Source: Parasphingorhabdus sp. (lineage in GTDB: Bacteria; Pseudomonadota; Gammaproteobacteria; Arenicellales; CAJQKF01). Taken from it: a stretch of 64,000 nucleotides of DNA. The position numbers and the translations under genes are program-made. Below, piece after piece: positions 9,089 to 17,786 of the stretch. The notes beneath the pieces are model-generated. The model had not been told where the DNA came from. It worked only from the letters and a program-made list of their open reading frames with translations, and ran no database searches. The DNA is taken from NCBI GenBank assembly GCA_047615875.1, contig JBLHGU010000005.1, forward strand, positions 3,432 to 67,431, written 5' to 3'. Every line of letters begins with the position of its first letter. The stretch's first letter is position 1.

Positions 9089-10687
9089 TTGTTCGATCTG
9101 ATTTTCAAAGGCGGTGATATTGTTGACGGCACCGGGGGTGAAGCTTATGTAGGTGACATCGCAGTAAAGGATGGCAAGATAAGTGCCATCGGGCAGTTTG
9201 GCGTCCAGGAGTCCAGTGAGGTTATTGATGTGTCGGGACTAACGGTCTCACCGGGCTTTATCGATATGCACACCCATTCAGATTTTACCCTGATAGCCGA
9301 TGGCCGTGCACAGAGTCAGGTACATCAAGGCGTTACCACAGAGGTGATTGGGCAATGCGGGATAAGTTGCGCACCAGTTTGTAATCACGCTGCCATTCCT
9401 TCGGTTTCACCCTGGTACACAGGAGATGCTGATCATCCTAATTGGCATAGTTTTAGTGAGTACCTCGATGCGTTGAATGACACCAATCTGGGTGTTAATG
9501 TCATGGCCTTCGTTGGTCATGGAACCATTCATCGTGCGGTTTTAGGCGACGCATTGAGAGCCGGTGAACCCGAAGAGGTCGAAGAGATGGCTCGCCTGGT
9601 TGATCAGGCGATGGACGAAGGCGCTGGTGGATTTTCATCCGGTCTGGAATACTGGCCAGGCATTCTCGCATCACCGGAACATCTTGTACCCATGTGCCGC
9701 GTCGCCGCGAAGCATGGTCGACTGTATGCCACTCATGTACGCAACCGAGATACCCACTACGATTTGGGCTTCGCTGAGGCGATGGCTACCGCGCGCCAGG
9801 CCGGCGCACGATTGCAGATCTCACATATTCAACCGAAGTTCGGTGCTCCAGACTATGCCATGGAGCACACGCTGGAAATGATCCATGCTGCCCGTGGCCA
9901 TGATGTAGACATTGCATTCGACGTGATTCCGCATGATTGGGCACACACTTTGATGGCAGCCATACTGCCAAAATGGGCCCAGGCCGGTGGTACTGATGAG
10001 GTGTTAAAACGGTTGGCCGACCCTGAGAGCCGAGAGAAAATTAAAGCCAATGCCCAACCGATGTGGTTAATCGTCAAGGCCCGCCAATGGAACGATATCG
10101 TGCTGTTAAACGCCAGTCATAACAATGATTTGGTTGGTGCAAGTTTCGAAGAAATCGGCAAAATGCGTGGTGTCGATCCATACGATGCTGTACTGGATAT
10201 CATGCTCGAAGAAGGCGAGAACCTGATGGGCACCATGTGGACTTCCCGATCATTCAAGGACGATGATATTGATCTATGTCTGCAACAACCCGAATGTGCT
10301 GTTATCTCTGATACCGTTGCCGCGGCTAATGAAGGTATTTTAAAGGATCATGTTGGCTCATTAAGCGGCTATGGCTGGGCGGCACGATTTCTGCAACACT
10401 ATGTACGCGATCGCAAGGTCTTAAGCATCGAAGAGGGTTTACGAAAAATTACCTCTTTGCCCGCCCAACGACTTGGGTTAAAAAATCGTGGCACATTGCG
10501 CCCCGGCTACCATGCTGATATCTGTGTATTCGACCCGGCAAATATCGCCAGTAATTGCAGCGCAAAACACCCACGCCGCTACGCCAGCGGCTTTGCACAT
10601 GTCATGGTAAATGGCAAATTGTCGCTTCGCGATGGCAACAGAACCAGCATGAGTCCCGGCGAGGTGTTGCGGGATCTAAAACATTAA
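9089..10687 (+). CDS. N-acyl-D-amino-acid deacylase (D-aminoacylase) family amidohydrolase
   Basis: N-terminal beta-sandwich (DLIFKGGDIVDGTG...GDIAVKDGKISAIG), the metal motif SPGFIDMHTHSD, and a C-terminal ADICVFDP. TTG start after aggagg. Confidence 0.8.
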   Translation: MFDLIFKGGDIVDGTGGEAYVGDIAVKDGKISAIGQFGVQESSEVIDVSGLTVSPGFIDMHTHSDFTLIADGRAQSQVHQGVTTEVIGQCGISCAPVCNHAAIPSVSPWYTGDADHPNWHSFSEYLDALNDTNLGVNVMAFVGHGTIHRAVLGDALRAGEPEEVEEMARLVDQAMDEGAGGFSSGLEYWPGILASPEHLVPMCRVAAKHGRLYATHVRNRDTHYDLGFAEAMATARQAGARLQISHIQPKFGAPDYAMEHTLEMIHAARGHDVDIAFDVIPHDWAHTLMAAILPKWAQAGGTDEVLKRLADPESREKIKANAQPMWLIVKARQWNDIVLLNASHNNDLVGASFEEIGKMRGVDPYDAVLDIMLEEGENLMGTMWTSRSFKDDDIDLCLQQPECAVISDTVAAANEGILKDHVGSLSGYGWAARFLQHYVRDRKVLSIEEGLRKITSLPAQRLGLKNRGTLRPGYHADICVFDPANIASNCSAKHPRRYASGFAHVMVNGKLSLRDGNRTSMSPGEVLRDLKH

Positions 10688-10715
10688 TCAGGCTTCGAAA
10701 TTCTCGATATTTATG

Positions 10716-11999
10716 TCACGTTGCAGTATCTGAATCATCACCAGCCGGAGTGAAATCGTCGTCAAGGTTCTCGACAACCTCTTGCGATGCCAAGGTAGCC
10801 ATTACTGCTGAACTGCGTGCGGATACCGGTTGGTGAGGCGTATGATCCTCGGCCAAAGGCGCATCTCGTATTGAGCTACGCCAGATAGCAAATATGCCGA
10901 TAATGCTATGAATTACGGTCAAAAATATCAGGAATCCATTGGGTCCCGAAATAGTCATTAATATACCTGCCGTAGAAGGACCCACTATCGCTCCCAGGCC
11001 ACTAATCATAACCAGGGCAGCACTGGCGCTAACCATTTGCCTTGGCTCTAGAAAGTCATTTGTATGCGCTACCAATAGCGAATACATAGGCAGAGAGAGC
11101 GCACCAAATACGCCAATCAATACGAAATTGACGATACCGTCGGTTCGTGCTGTAAAGATCAGCACTAATGGCACGAGTGCGGCTAGCCCTGTAATAATCA
11201 TGATGAGTTTACGGCGATCCATGGCGTCAGACAAACGACCTATTGGCCATTGCAGGAGAAACCCACCTACCGATGCACAGGCCATAAATATCGCCACATG
11301 GGCCAGAGGCAGGCCACGTCGCTGGGCGAATACTGCACCCATACCGTACAACGCGCCCTGTGCTGCGCCTAACATCATCGAACCAAAAACCCCAAGCGGG
11401 GAAATACGATAGAGCTGCACAAGGCTTAAAGGGATTGTTTCGGTAAATGAAGGCGCTGGCCGCGATGTAAGAGCAATCGGAATTACCGCAAGTGATACCA
11501 GCACGGAAATCAATACGAACAAGCCATATTCTGCCGGATCACCGATACTGAGCAGCAATTGGCCACCGGTCATAGAGGCAAATGTTATGCCCATATAAAT
11601 AGACAACAACGAGCCACGAGTTTTATTTGTTGCACGGTCGTTTAGCCAGCTTTCAGTGACAATATAGAGCCCGGCATAACAGAAACCGGTAATTACTCGC
11701 ATAGCAGCCCAGAAATATGGATCAACAAAAGCGGCATGCAATAATGCAGAAACCGATGCCAATGACGCCCAGGCGGTAAACACTCGAATGTGTCCGACCT
11801 TCTTCATCATTTTGGGAGACAGATAAGAACCGAGTAGAAAGCCTACAAAGTAACCTGTCATTACCATGCCAGTTACCCAGTCGGGAAAACCAGTATAGGT
11901 TGCGCGTACGCCTAACAGCGTGCCCTGCAGACCGTTGGCCAACATCATCAGAGCCATGCCAAACAACAAAGCCCAGGTACTTCTGACTGCAGTTAACAT
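10716..11999 (-). CDS. MFS transporter
   Basis: 427 aa with about 12 hydrophobic segments and an MFS-like loop motif (DRATNKTRG). Convergent with the D-aminoacylase gene. Confidence 0.8.
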   Translation of the reverse strand: MLTAVRSTWALLFGMALMMLANGLQGTLLGVRATYTGFPDWVTGMVMTGYFVGFLLGSYLSPKMMKKVGHIRVFTAWASLASVSALLHAAFVDPYFWAAMRVITGFCYAGLYIVTESWLNDRATNKTRGSLLSIYMGITFASMTGGQLLLSIGDPAEYGLFVLISVLVSLAVIPIALTSRPAPSFTETIPLSLVQLYRISPLGVFGSMMLGAAQGALYGMGAVFAQRRGLPLAHVAIFMACASVGGFLLQWPIGRLSDAMDRRKLIMIITGLAALVPLVLIFTARTDGIVNFVLIGVFGALSLPMYSLLVAHTNDFLEPRQMVSASAALVMISGLGAIVGPSTAGILMTISGPNGFLIFLTVIHSIIGIFAIWRSSIRDAPLAEDHTPHQPVSARSSAVMATLASQEVVENLDDDFTPAGDDSDTAT

Positions 12000-12263
12000 G
12001 ATGTTGACGCCTCTTGGGGCTATGTCGGATTAAAAAAAGTGCGCGGATTTTACTCTTACAAATTGGTGAGTCAATAAAAATTAATGCTCAATCGAAATTG
12101 GAGATTTAATATAATTTCAACACTCTCACTCTTAGTATAATAAACGTTTCCATTGACACAATACCTGAACATTTAGGTCGCTTATTTCCAGACCACGGTT
12201 AAGTAGTCGCTACCAGACCTCCATTTTTAAAAATAATTCTGCAGCCAGATAATCTCGATAAAA

Positions 12264-13388
12264 ATGAAAAGACTAAATCACTTGCTGCGCTCAAAGCGAC
12301 GAATGAAAGTTTACGCTAATACGACTCTGTTGGTATTAGCTCTGATTTTTGCTGGCCTAATCTCTATATGGGTGTTTGTGCCGGTTTTTCCCAATGCCGT
12401 GGGCAAATTATGGACCTCAGTTTATGTTCAGGACTTTCGCGACGGAGCCAGTGATGCCATCGCATCAGCAAGCACGGGGAGTACTGATAGTCTGGCCGAT
12501 ATCATAGTGAGTGGCGCCTGGCAGCGTGTCAGTAAGGGTGATCGAGCATGGCCGGCAAAACGTAAAATGCTCCAGGCTTTAATCCAGCACCTTGAATCCT
12601 CTTCAGACTATTCTGCAATGCGGCACTGGGCAGATTACTGGAGGGCTCAGGATGCCAGGGATGTGGACGCTATGGCCTATTGGTACGAGGCCTTGCGCCA
12701 CACTGAAGAAGGTGAAGTTGAGGGCCAGGCCGGGCTTGCTAAGGCGCTGCTGCTATTTCCTGACAATTTTGAGTTGATACGTTTCAACTCTAATGTAATG
12801 GCTGAAAATGGCGATATAGAGACTTCGCGCAAACTACATGATTCCCTACTGAAACTTGCCACCTCTAACTGGCGATTGGAATGGCGTCGAAAATCTCGCC
12901 AGGTAGCATCATGGTATTTTGGGTTGGCTTTCTCACACCTGGCACGGTTAGATTTTTCTGCTGCATCTTCCAGTTTCGGATCCGCTTTCGATTTGGTCAG
13001 CAATTCTAAACTTCATCGTAAGTTAAAACGATTGAATGGGGAGCAGGCTTTTTCCATATCGTCTAGTGATCCACAATGCTGTAGCATTGAAATTGAAATT
13101 CCCACCACCAGCTCTACGATCAATATTTTTCCACCCGCCGTAACTGGGATCTCGGTATCCGATATCTCCATCACTGTTTCTGGAACAGAACATCGGGTTA
13201 GCACCGAGGATATTCAAGGTAGATACATGTTTCGGAATGGTAAGTGGTTTCACTCCGCAGGTGATGAGGAAAGCCATGTGCGTTTTTCTGTTATGCACAT
13301 TCTGGCTGGAGAAAATGTTCAAAAAGCACCCGCTACTCTTCGCTTCCGTGCAGAGATCAATCTAGTGCCAACTCCGGCTGAAGGCTGA
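12264..13388 (+). CDS. Membrane-anchored hypothetical protein; first gene of the CotH/VTC/DUF4956 operon
   Basis: It has a basic N-terminus plus one TM helix (TTLLVLALIFAGLISIWVFVPVF). A helical W/Y/A-rich middle follows, then a beta-rich C-terminus. I recognise no family. An 8-nt gap separates it from the CotH gene. Confidence 0.5.
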   Translation: MKRLNHLLRSKRRMKVYANTTLLVLALIFAGLISIWVFVPVFPNAVGKLWTSVYVQDFRDGASDAIASASTGSTDSLADIIVSGAWQRVSKGDRAWPAKRKMLQALIQHLESSSDYSAMRHWADYWRAQDARDVDAMAYWYEALRHTEEGEVEGQAGLAKALLLFPDNFELIRFNSNVMAENGDIETSRKLHDSLLKLATSNWRLEWRRKSRQVASWYFGLAFSHLARLDFSAASSSFGSAFDLVSNSKLHRKLKRLNGEQAFSISSSDPQCCSIEIEIPTTSSTINIFPPAVTGISVSDISITVSGTEHRVSTEDIQGRYMFRNGKWFHSAGDEESHVRFSVMHILAGENVQKAPATLRFRAEINLVPTPAEG

Positions 13389-13396
13389 GAAGGACG

Positions 13397-16198
13397 ATGC
13401 TTGGCCGGATATTTTTGTGGTCCTGGGTAGTCACCTTACCAATCACCATTATGGGTGGGTACTGGCTATATGCCACATTGGATCGCTTCCACACATTCGC
13501 TGTTCGATATACCGGAACTGAGGCCGGTGAGGGCAGCGGCATGGAACTTACTGCTATTGGCCAATATGAATTCGACATGCTGTGGCAAAGAATCCGAGCG
13601 GAAAAAAATCGCTTGCTTGGTAATGAGTCAACCTTAAAGCCTGTGCGATTGTATATTCCCGAATCTGATATTAAGGCACTTGAGTCCTATTTGCCGCAGT
13701 CCGGTTACCAGAATGTTAAGGGTGCTATGTTGGCCGACGGCAAGTTGCTAAAGGTTAAATACAGATACAGGGGTGATTCGGTTTATCGCTGGGCCTGGTA
13801 TAAAAAATCTCTTCGGGTAAAAACCAGTAAAAAACGACTTTACGAGGGCATGAGAACCTTCAACTTGTTGGCTGCACGTTCCGCGGAACAACTAAACAAT
13901 TATTTTTCCTATCAACTGGCAAACATGATGGGGCTGATAGCTCCCACAACAGAGTTGGTCAGAGTCTATTTAAACGGCAAAGACCGCGGCGTTCATTTTC
14001 AGGTTGAGCAAATTGAAGAAGTTTTTTTACGCAACCGAGGATTGATGCCAGGGGATATCTATCGCGGCGAGATGGTTGGTAAAGATCGCTTTGTAGGTGG
14101 CAACGTAGAATCTCTGTTTGATAGCATCGCCGGGTGGGATAAGGTCACGGTGAACAATCACTATGCTGAGGACTCATTTGCACCGTTGGAGAAATTGATT
14201 TCTCTGCTCAAGGCTCCAAACAATCCAGCGATACAAAACGAGTTGAGTAAATTTCTGGATATGGACGCCTGGGGATCTTTTAGTGTTTTTGAATCCCTTG
14301 CGCAAAGTACTCACATGGATGATACCCATAATTGGCGCCTATACTATGACCCGTGGCGTCAGAAGTTCTTGCCTGTAGTGTGGGACACCATGGGTTGGTA
14401 CAATGCTGTCCGCTCGGGGAAACTCCAGCCTTTGTCGATACCGAACACGCTAATAAGCACACTATTTCGCAATGGCGACTTTATAAGAGCACGCCATAAA
14501 GCGCTACTTAACGTGTTCGACAATCAAATAGATAAAAACTTCTTAAGGCTGGTGAACGATACCATCGAGGTTATGCAGCTGGAGAATAAAACCGACCCGT
14601 TTCTTCGTCCAACAGACCCTGTACGAGTTAAGCAGGCAATGCATGAGCTGGGTAGACTAATTCGTGCATCATTCGAGTTAATTGATTATAGAAATAGCAC
14701 CGCCAGCGATTTGGTGGAATATCACTTTTCCGAGAGTAACCTTGATCTCAAGTTTAGTGGCATATACCCTATAGACAGAATTAAGCTGACATTTGATCGG
14801 CCTGTACCTGAAGGTGGACAGGTATTGGCCCATTTCAACAATCCGGAGCCTAATGTGGTGGATGTCTCGGGCTTAACTTTTGTAAATGACAGAACGGTGG
14901 AAATTCATGCCAGTCTTTTACCCGACTTTGCGGTAGAACCCATTGCCAATAGCACTAGCAACAGGCGTGCTTCGTCTTTTGATATCGATCCTGGTGTAAT
15001 GCGATTTGAATTTGTGGATTTGGATGCAAATACTCAATTAAATAACCTCGCCACTACCAGCAATCATATACAAACAACATCAACTCCTGTTGATTCAATA
15101 ACCTCAGGCTCATACAGAACACTGCATTTTCCTATAGAAGAAAAACCCCTATCAAAACCCTTGCGTTGGAATGGCGAGATGCTGATCGGCAAAAGTATGG
15201 ACATTAATCAGGATCTATATATAGCGCCGGGTACCACCATTCGTTTGGCAGCTGGGGTTTCCGTAGTTACCCACGGAAAAGTAATCGCTGAAGGTAACTC
15301 ACAGGAAATCATACGGTTTATACCCGCCGCAACAGATGACGAACCCTGGGGCACATTCTCGATCCAGGGACGTGGAGCAGACGGCTCACAGTTCTCTCAT
15401 TGTGAATTCTCAGGCGGTAGTGGATTAAAGACTGACCTTTATGAGTACTCGGCTTTGTTTTCCGTACACAATGTAAAACAGGTCAAAATATCTGATTGCA
15501 CTTTTAAAAATAACGCTGTTGTTGATGACATGCTGCATGGTGTCTATTCGGATATCGTGTTTGATCGAGTGACGTTTCAAAATGCTATATCCGATGCGTT
15601 GGATCTGGATAATTCTGTGGCAACCATTAGCCATAGTCTATTTGACACAAGTGGTAACGATGGCATTGACCTAATGACAACCGAGGCCACCGTAATCGAC
15701 AGCACCATTGTGAACAACGGTGACAAAGGGATTTCAGTTGGCGAAGGCAGTCGGCTAACCGGTATAAATAACCGCGTGTCTGCAAACAAGATTGGCGTTC
15801 AGTCCAAAGATCGCTCTACCGCAATATTATTCAATAACACACTCAGTGACAACGAAGTCGCTTTGCACGTCTATCGCAAAAATTGGCAGTATGGAACAGG
15901 TGGACAAATTTTCGCAGCCAAGTCTGTGATAGAGAGTCAGTTTGATTCTGTGCCCGTGCTAGCAGAGAAGCGTTCTTCAATCGGTCTGTTTGATAACTTT
16001 ACCAATCATAGTATTAATAGCATTAAGGTTTTCAGCCAGCAGGTTGATGACCAAAACCGAAGTTCTGCCGCACAGCAAACTCTGCTATTCGACAAGAGTG
16101 TTGCTAGCCCAGAGATACAGCGAGCAATTCACGCTTTATCGAAGTCGCTACAAGATAAGATTTCGACCAGCAGACGCGGTATCAGCCAGCATGATTGA
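13397..16198 (+). CDS. CotH kinase-family protein with an N-terminal TM helix and C-terminal parallel beta-helix (PbH1-like) repeats
   Basis: The CotH-like region includes VKYRYRGDSVYRWAWYKKSLRVKTSKK...FNLL and continues to about residue 420. The C-terminal 300 aa carry repeated N/D-G-I/V-x-hydrophobic turns (NNAVVDDMLHG, SDALDLDNS, GNDGIDLMT, GDKGISVGE, NKIGVQS) typical of right-handed beta-helices. Confidence 0.8.
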   Translation: MLGRIFLWSWVVTLPITIMGGYWLYATLDRFHTFAVRYTGTEAGEGSGMELTAIGQYEFDMLWQRIRAEKNRLLGNESTLKPVRLYIPESDIKALESYLPQSGYQNVKGAMLADGKLLKVKYRYRGDSVYRWAWYKKSLRVKTSKKRLYEGMRTFNLLAARSAEQLNNYFSYQLANMMGLIAPTTELVRVYLNGKDRGVHFQVEQIEEVFLRNRGLMPGDIYRGEMVGKDRFVGGNVESLFDSIAGWDKVTVNNHYAEDSFAPLEKLISLLKAPNNPAIQNELSKFLDMDAWGSFSVFESLAQSTHMDDTHNWRLYYDPWRQKFLPVVWDTMGWYNAVRSGKLQPLSIPNTLISTLFRNGDFIRARHKALLNVFDNQIDKNFLRLVNDTIEVMQLENKTDPFLRPTDPVRVKQAMHELGRLIRASFELIDYRNSTASDLVEYHFSESNLDLKFSGIYPIDRIKLTFDRPVPEGGQVLAHFNNPEPNVVDVSGLTFVNDRTVEIHASLLPDFAVEPIANSTSNRRASSFDIDPGVMRFEFVDLDANTQLNNLATTSNHIQTTSTPVDSITSGSYRTLHFPIEEKPLSKPLRWNGEMLIGKSMDINQDLYIAPGTTIRLAAGVSVVTHGKVIAEGNSQEIIRFIPAATDDEPWGTFSIQGRGADGSQFSHCEFSGGSGLKTDLYEYSALFSVHNVKQVKISDCTFKNNAVVDDMLHGVYSDIVFDRVTFQNAISDALDLDNSVATISHSLFDTSGNDGIDLMTTEATVIDSTIVNNGDKGISVGEGSRLTGINNRVSANKIGVQSKDRSTAILFNNTLSDNEVALHVYRKNWQYGTGGQIFAAKSVIESQFDSVPVLAEKRSSIGLFDNFTNHSINSIKVFSQQVDDQNRSSAAQQTLLFDKSVASPEIQRAIHALSKSLQDKISTSRRGISQHD

Positions 16199-16964
16199 AG
16201 CGCTCAAAACAACGCAAGTAGAGAAATCTCCGCTTCATTTCGCGCGACTGGAATTCAAATACTTGTTACCGGCAGCTAAACGCAAACAGGTCGAAAAGGA
16301 CCTTCAGTACTTTTTGGAGTTCGATCCCTTTGTAGCTGACCGTGAAGAGCATCGATATATTGTACGTAGTCTATATTACGATGACCTGAGGTACAGTGCT
16401 TTTCACGATAAGATAGATGGTCTACACACCCGATCGAAATTCCGACTTCGAACCTACACAAAAAGTCCTCAGGAACCAGCACCATTATTTCTGGAGATTA
16501 AAGGTCGACACAACAACCTGGTATTCAAACATCGTGCCCCTGTTAACAGGCTTGGCTTTGACTGGGGTATATTAAGCGACCAGTCATTAACGAAAGCGCT
16601 GTTAGAAAACACCGCTGCCAGTAAGGTTCGCGATCAGTTTACCTTTCAGTTGTTTCGGAAAAATCTTCGACCTGTTGCATTAATCGATTATCAACGTCGG
16701 CCCTATATCAGCAAATATGACCCCGGTTTTCGCATCACATTTGATGAACAATTGCTCGCTACTCGAACAAGGTGTCTTTTTCCAGGACCTGAACTACAGC
16801 CCAGACAAGTTGTTGCCGGGTATACAGTGCTTGAGGTGAAGTTTCGTCACCACATGCCGTCCTGGTTTCATCAAGTGTTGCAAAGTCATGAACTGAGACG
16901 CATATCAATTTCTAAAATTGTCTCTGGCATGGAGGTCCTTGGTCTTGCGAAAGATGAACAATAG
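16191..16964 (+). CDS. VTC-domain (polyphosphate polymerase-like, CYTH/triphosphate-tunnel fold) protein
   Basis: FARLEFKYLL...YIVRSLYYDD...RSKFRLRTY...LFLEIKGRHN..FKHR matches the bacterial VTC-domain pattern. The likely start ATG 16191 overlaps the CotH stop (ATGATTGA). The ORF-track extension back to 15990 lies inside the CotH gene. Confidence 0.8.
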   Translation: MIEALKTTQVEKSPLHFARLEFKYLLPAAKRKQVEKDLQYFLEFDPFVADREEHRYIVRSLYYDDLRYSAFHDKIDGLHTRSKFRLRTYTKSPQEPAPLFLEIKGRHNNLVFKHRAPVNRLGFDWGILSDQSLTKALLENTAASKVRDQFTFQLFRKNLRPVALIDYQRRPYISKYDPGFRITFDEQLLATRTRCLFPGPELQPRQVVAGYTVLEVKFRHHMPSWFHQVLQSHELRRISISKIVSGMEVLGLAKDEQ

Positions 16965-17039
16965 ACCCGGGCATAAACAGAGCTTACTCAAATACATTGC
17001 CAGATTGAAAATACCACTTAAGCAACATAGAGGAATACT

Positions 17040-17723
17040 GTGGACACAATAGTACTCAACCCGGAAGGAAGTCTTCTTAACTACTCCAATACCGAGATGG
17101 TGGTAAATATTATTGCCGCCCTGGCTATAGGTGTCCTCCTGTCGCTGGTGTATAGATTTACCCACAAGGGCCTATCTTATTCCCAGTCCTATACACAAAC
17201 CCTGGTTTTTGTAACAGTTATTGTGGCCATTGTCATGATGGTTATTGGTAGTAGCCTGGCGCGGGCTTTTGCTTTGGTGGGTGCACTGTCAATTATTCGA
17301 TTCAGAACCGTATTGAAAGATACCAAGGATATGGCTTATGTATTCAGCTCGTTGGCGTTAGGAATGGCGGCGGGAACGGGTAACTATTTTCTCGCTACAG
17401 TCGGTTTTCTGTTTATAGCCTCTATCGCGCTAATAATGAAGCAAACGAATTTTGGGGCGATTTACAAAAGTGAATTTATTCTGCGCTTCAGACTCAGCCA
17501 CGATGGTGATAATCAGAGCCATATAAAAACCATTGAGGGGGTATGTAAGCGATTTGACGTTTTGCACATGGAACCTTCAGGAGACAATAAAAGTGTCAGT
17601 CTTACCTACGATATAGCGTTAAGAGACGACATAACTGCGGATGAGTTAACCCGTAAAATGGGCTCATTAGATAATGTTTCAGAAGTAGTTTTAATTGCTT
17701 CGACGAATGATGTAGATTACTGA
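17040..17723 (+). CDS. DUF4956-family membrane protein
   Basis: Contains three or four TM helices and the characteristic GALSIIRFRT...KDTKDMAYVF...LGMAAGTG segment, followed by a soluble C-terminal domain. GTG start after agagga. Confidence 0.75.
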   Translation: MDTIVLNPEGSLLNYSNTEMVVNIIAALAIGVLLSLVYRFTHKGLSYSQSYTQTLVFVTVIVAIVMMVIGSSLARAFALVGALSIIRFRTVLKDTKDMAYVFSSLALGMAAGTGNYFLATVGFLFIASIALIMKQTNFGAIYKSEFILRFRLSHDGDNQSHIKTIEGVCKRFDVLHMEPSGDNKSVSLTYDIALRDDITADELTRKMGSLDNVSEVVLIASTNDVDY

Positions 17724-17786
17724 TTTGCATCTGAATCCGATGGGCTTCCGGAAATAGATGATTCGGCTAGTCAGCTAACATTCAGA

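Noticed and set aside
15990-16190. The ORF-track start of the VTC-domain ORF at 15990.
   Set aside because: This 5' extension lies entirely inside the CotH gene in another frame and has no family-like sequence. The VTC-domain similarity begins right after ATG 16191, which overlaps the CotH stop.
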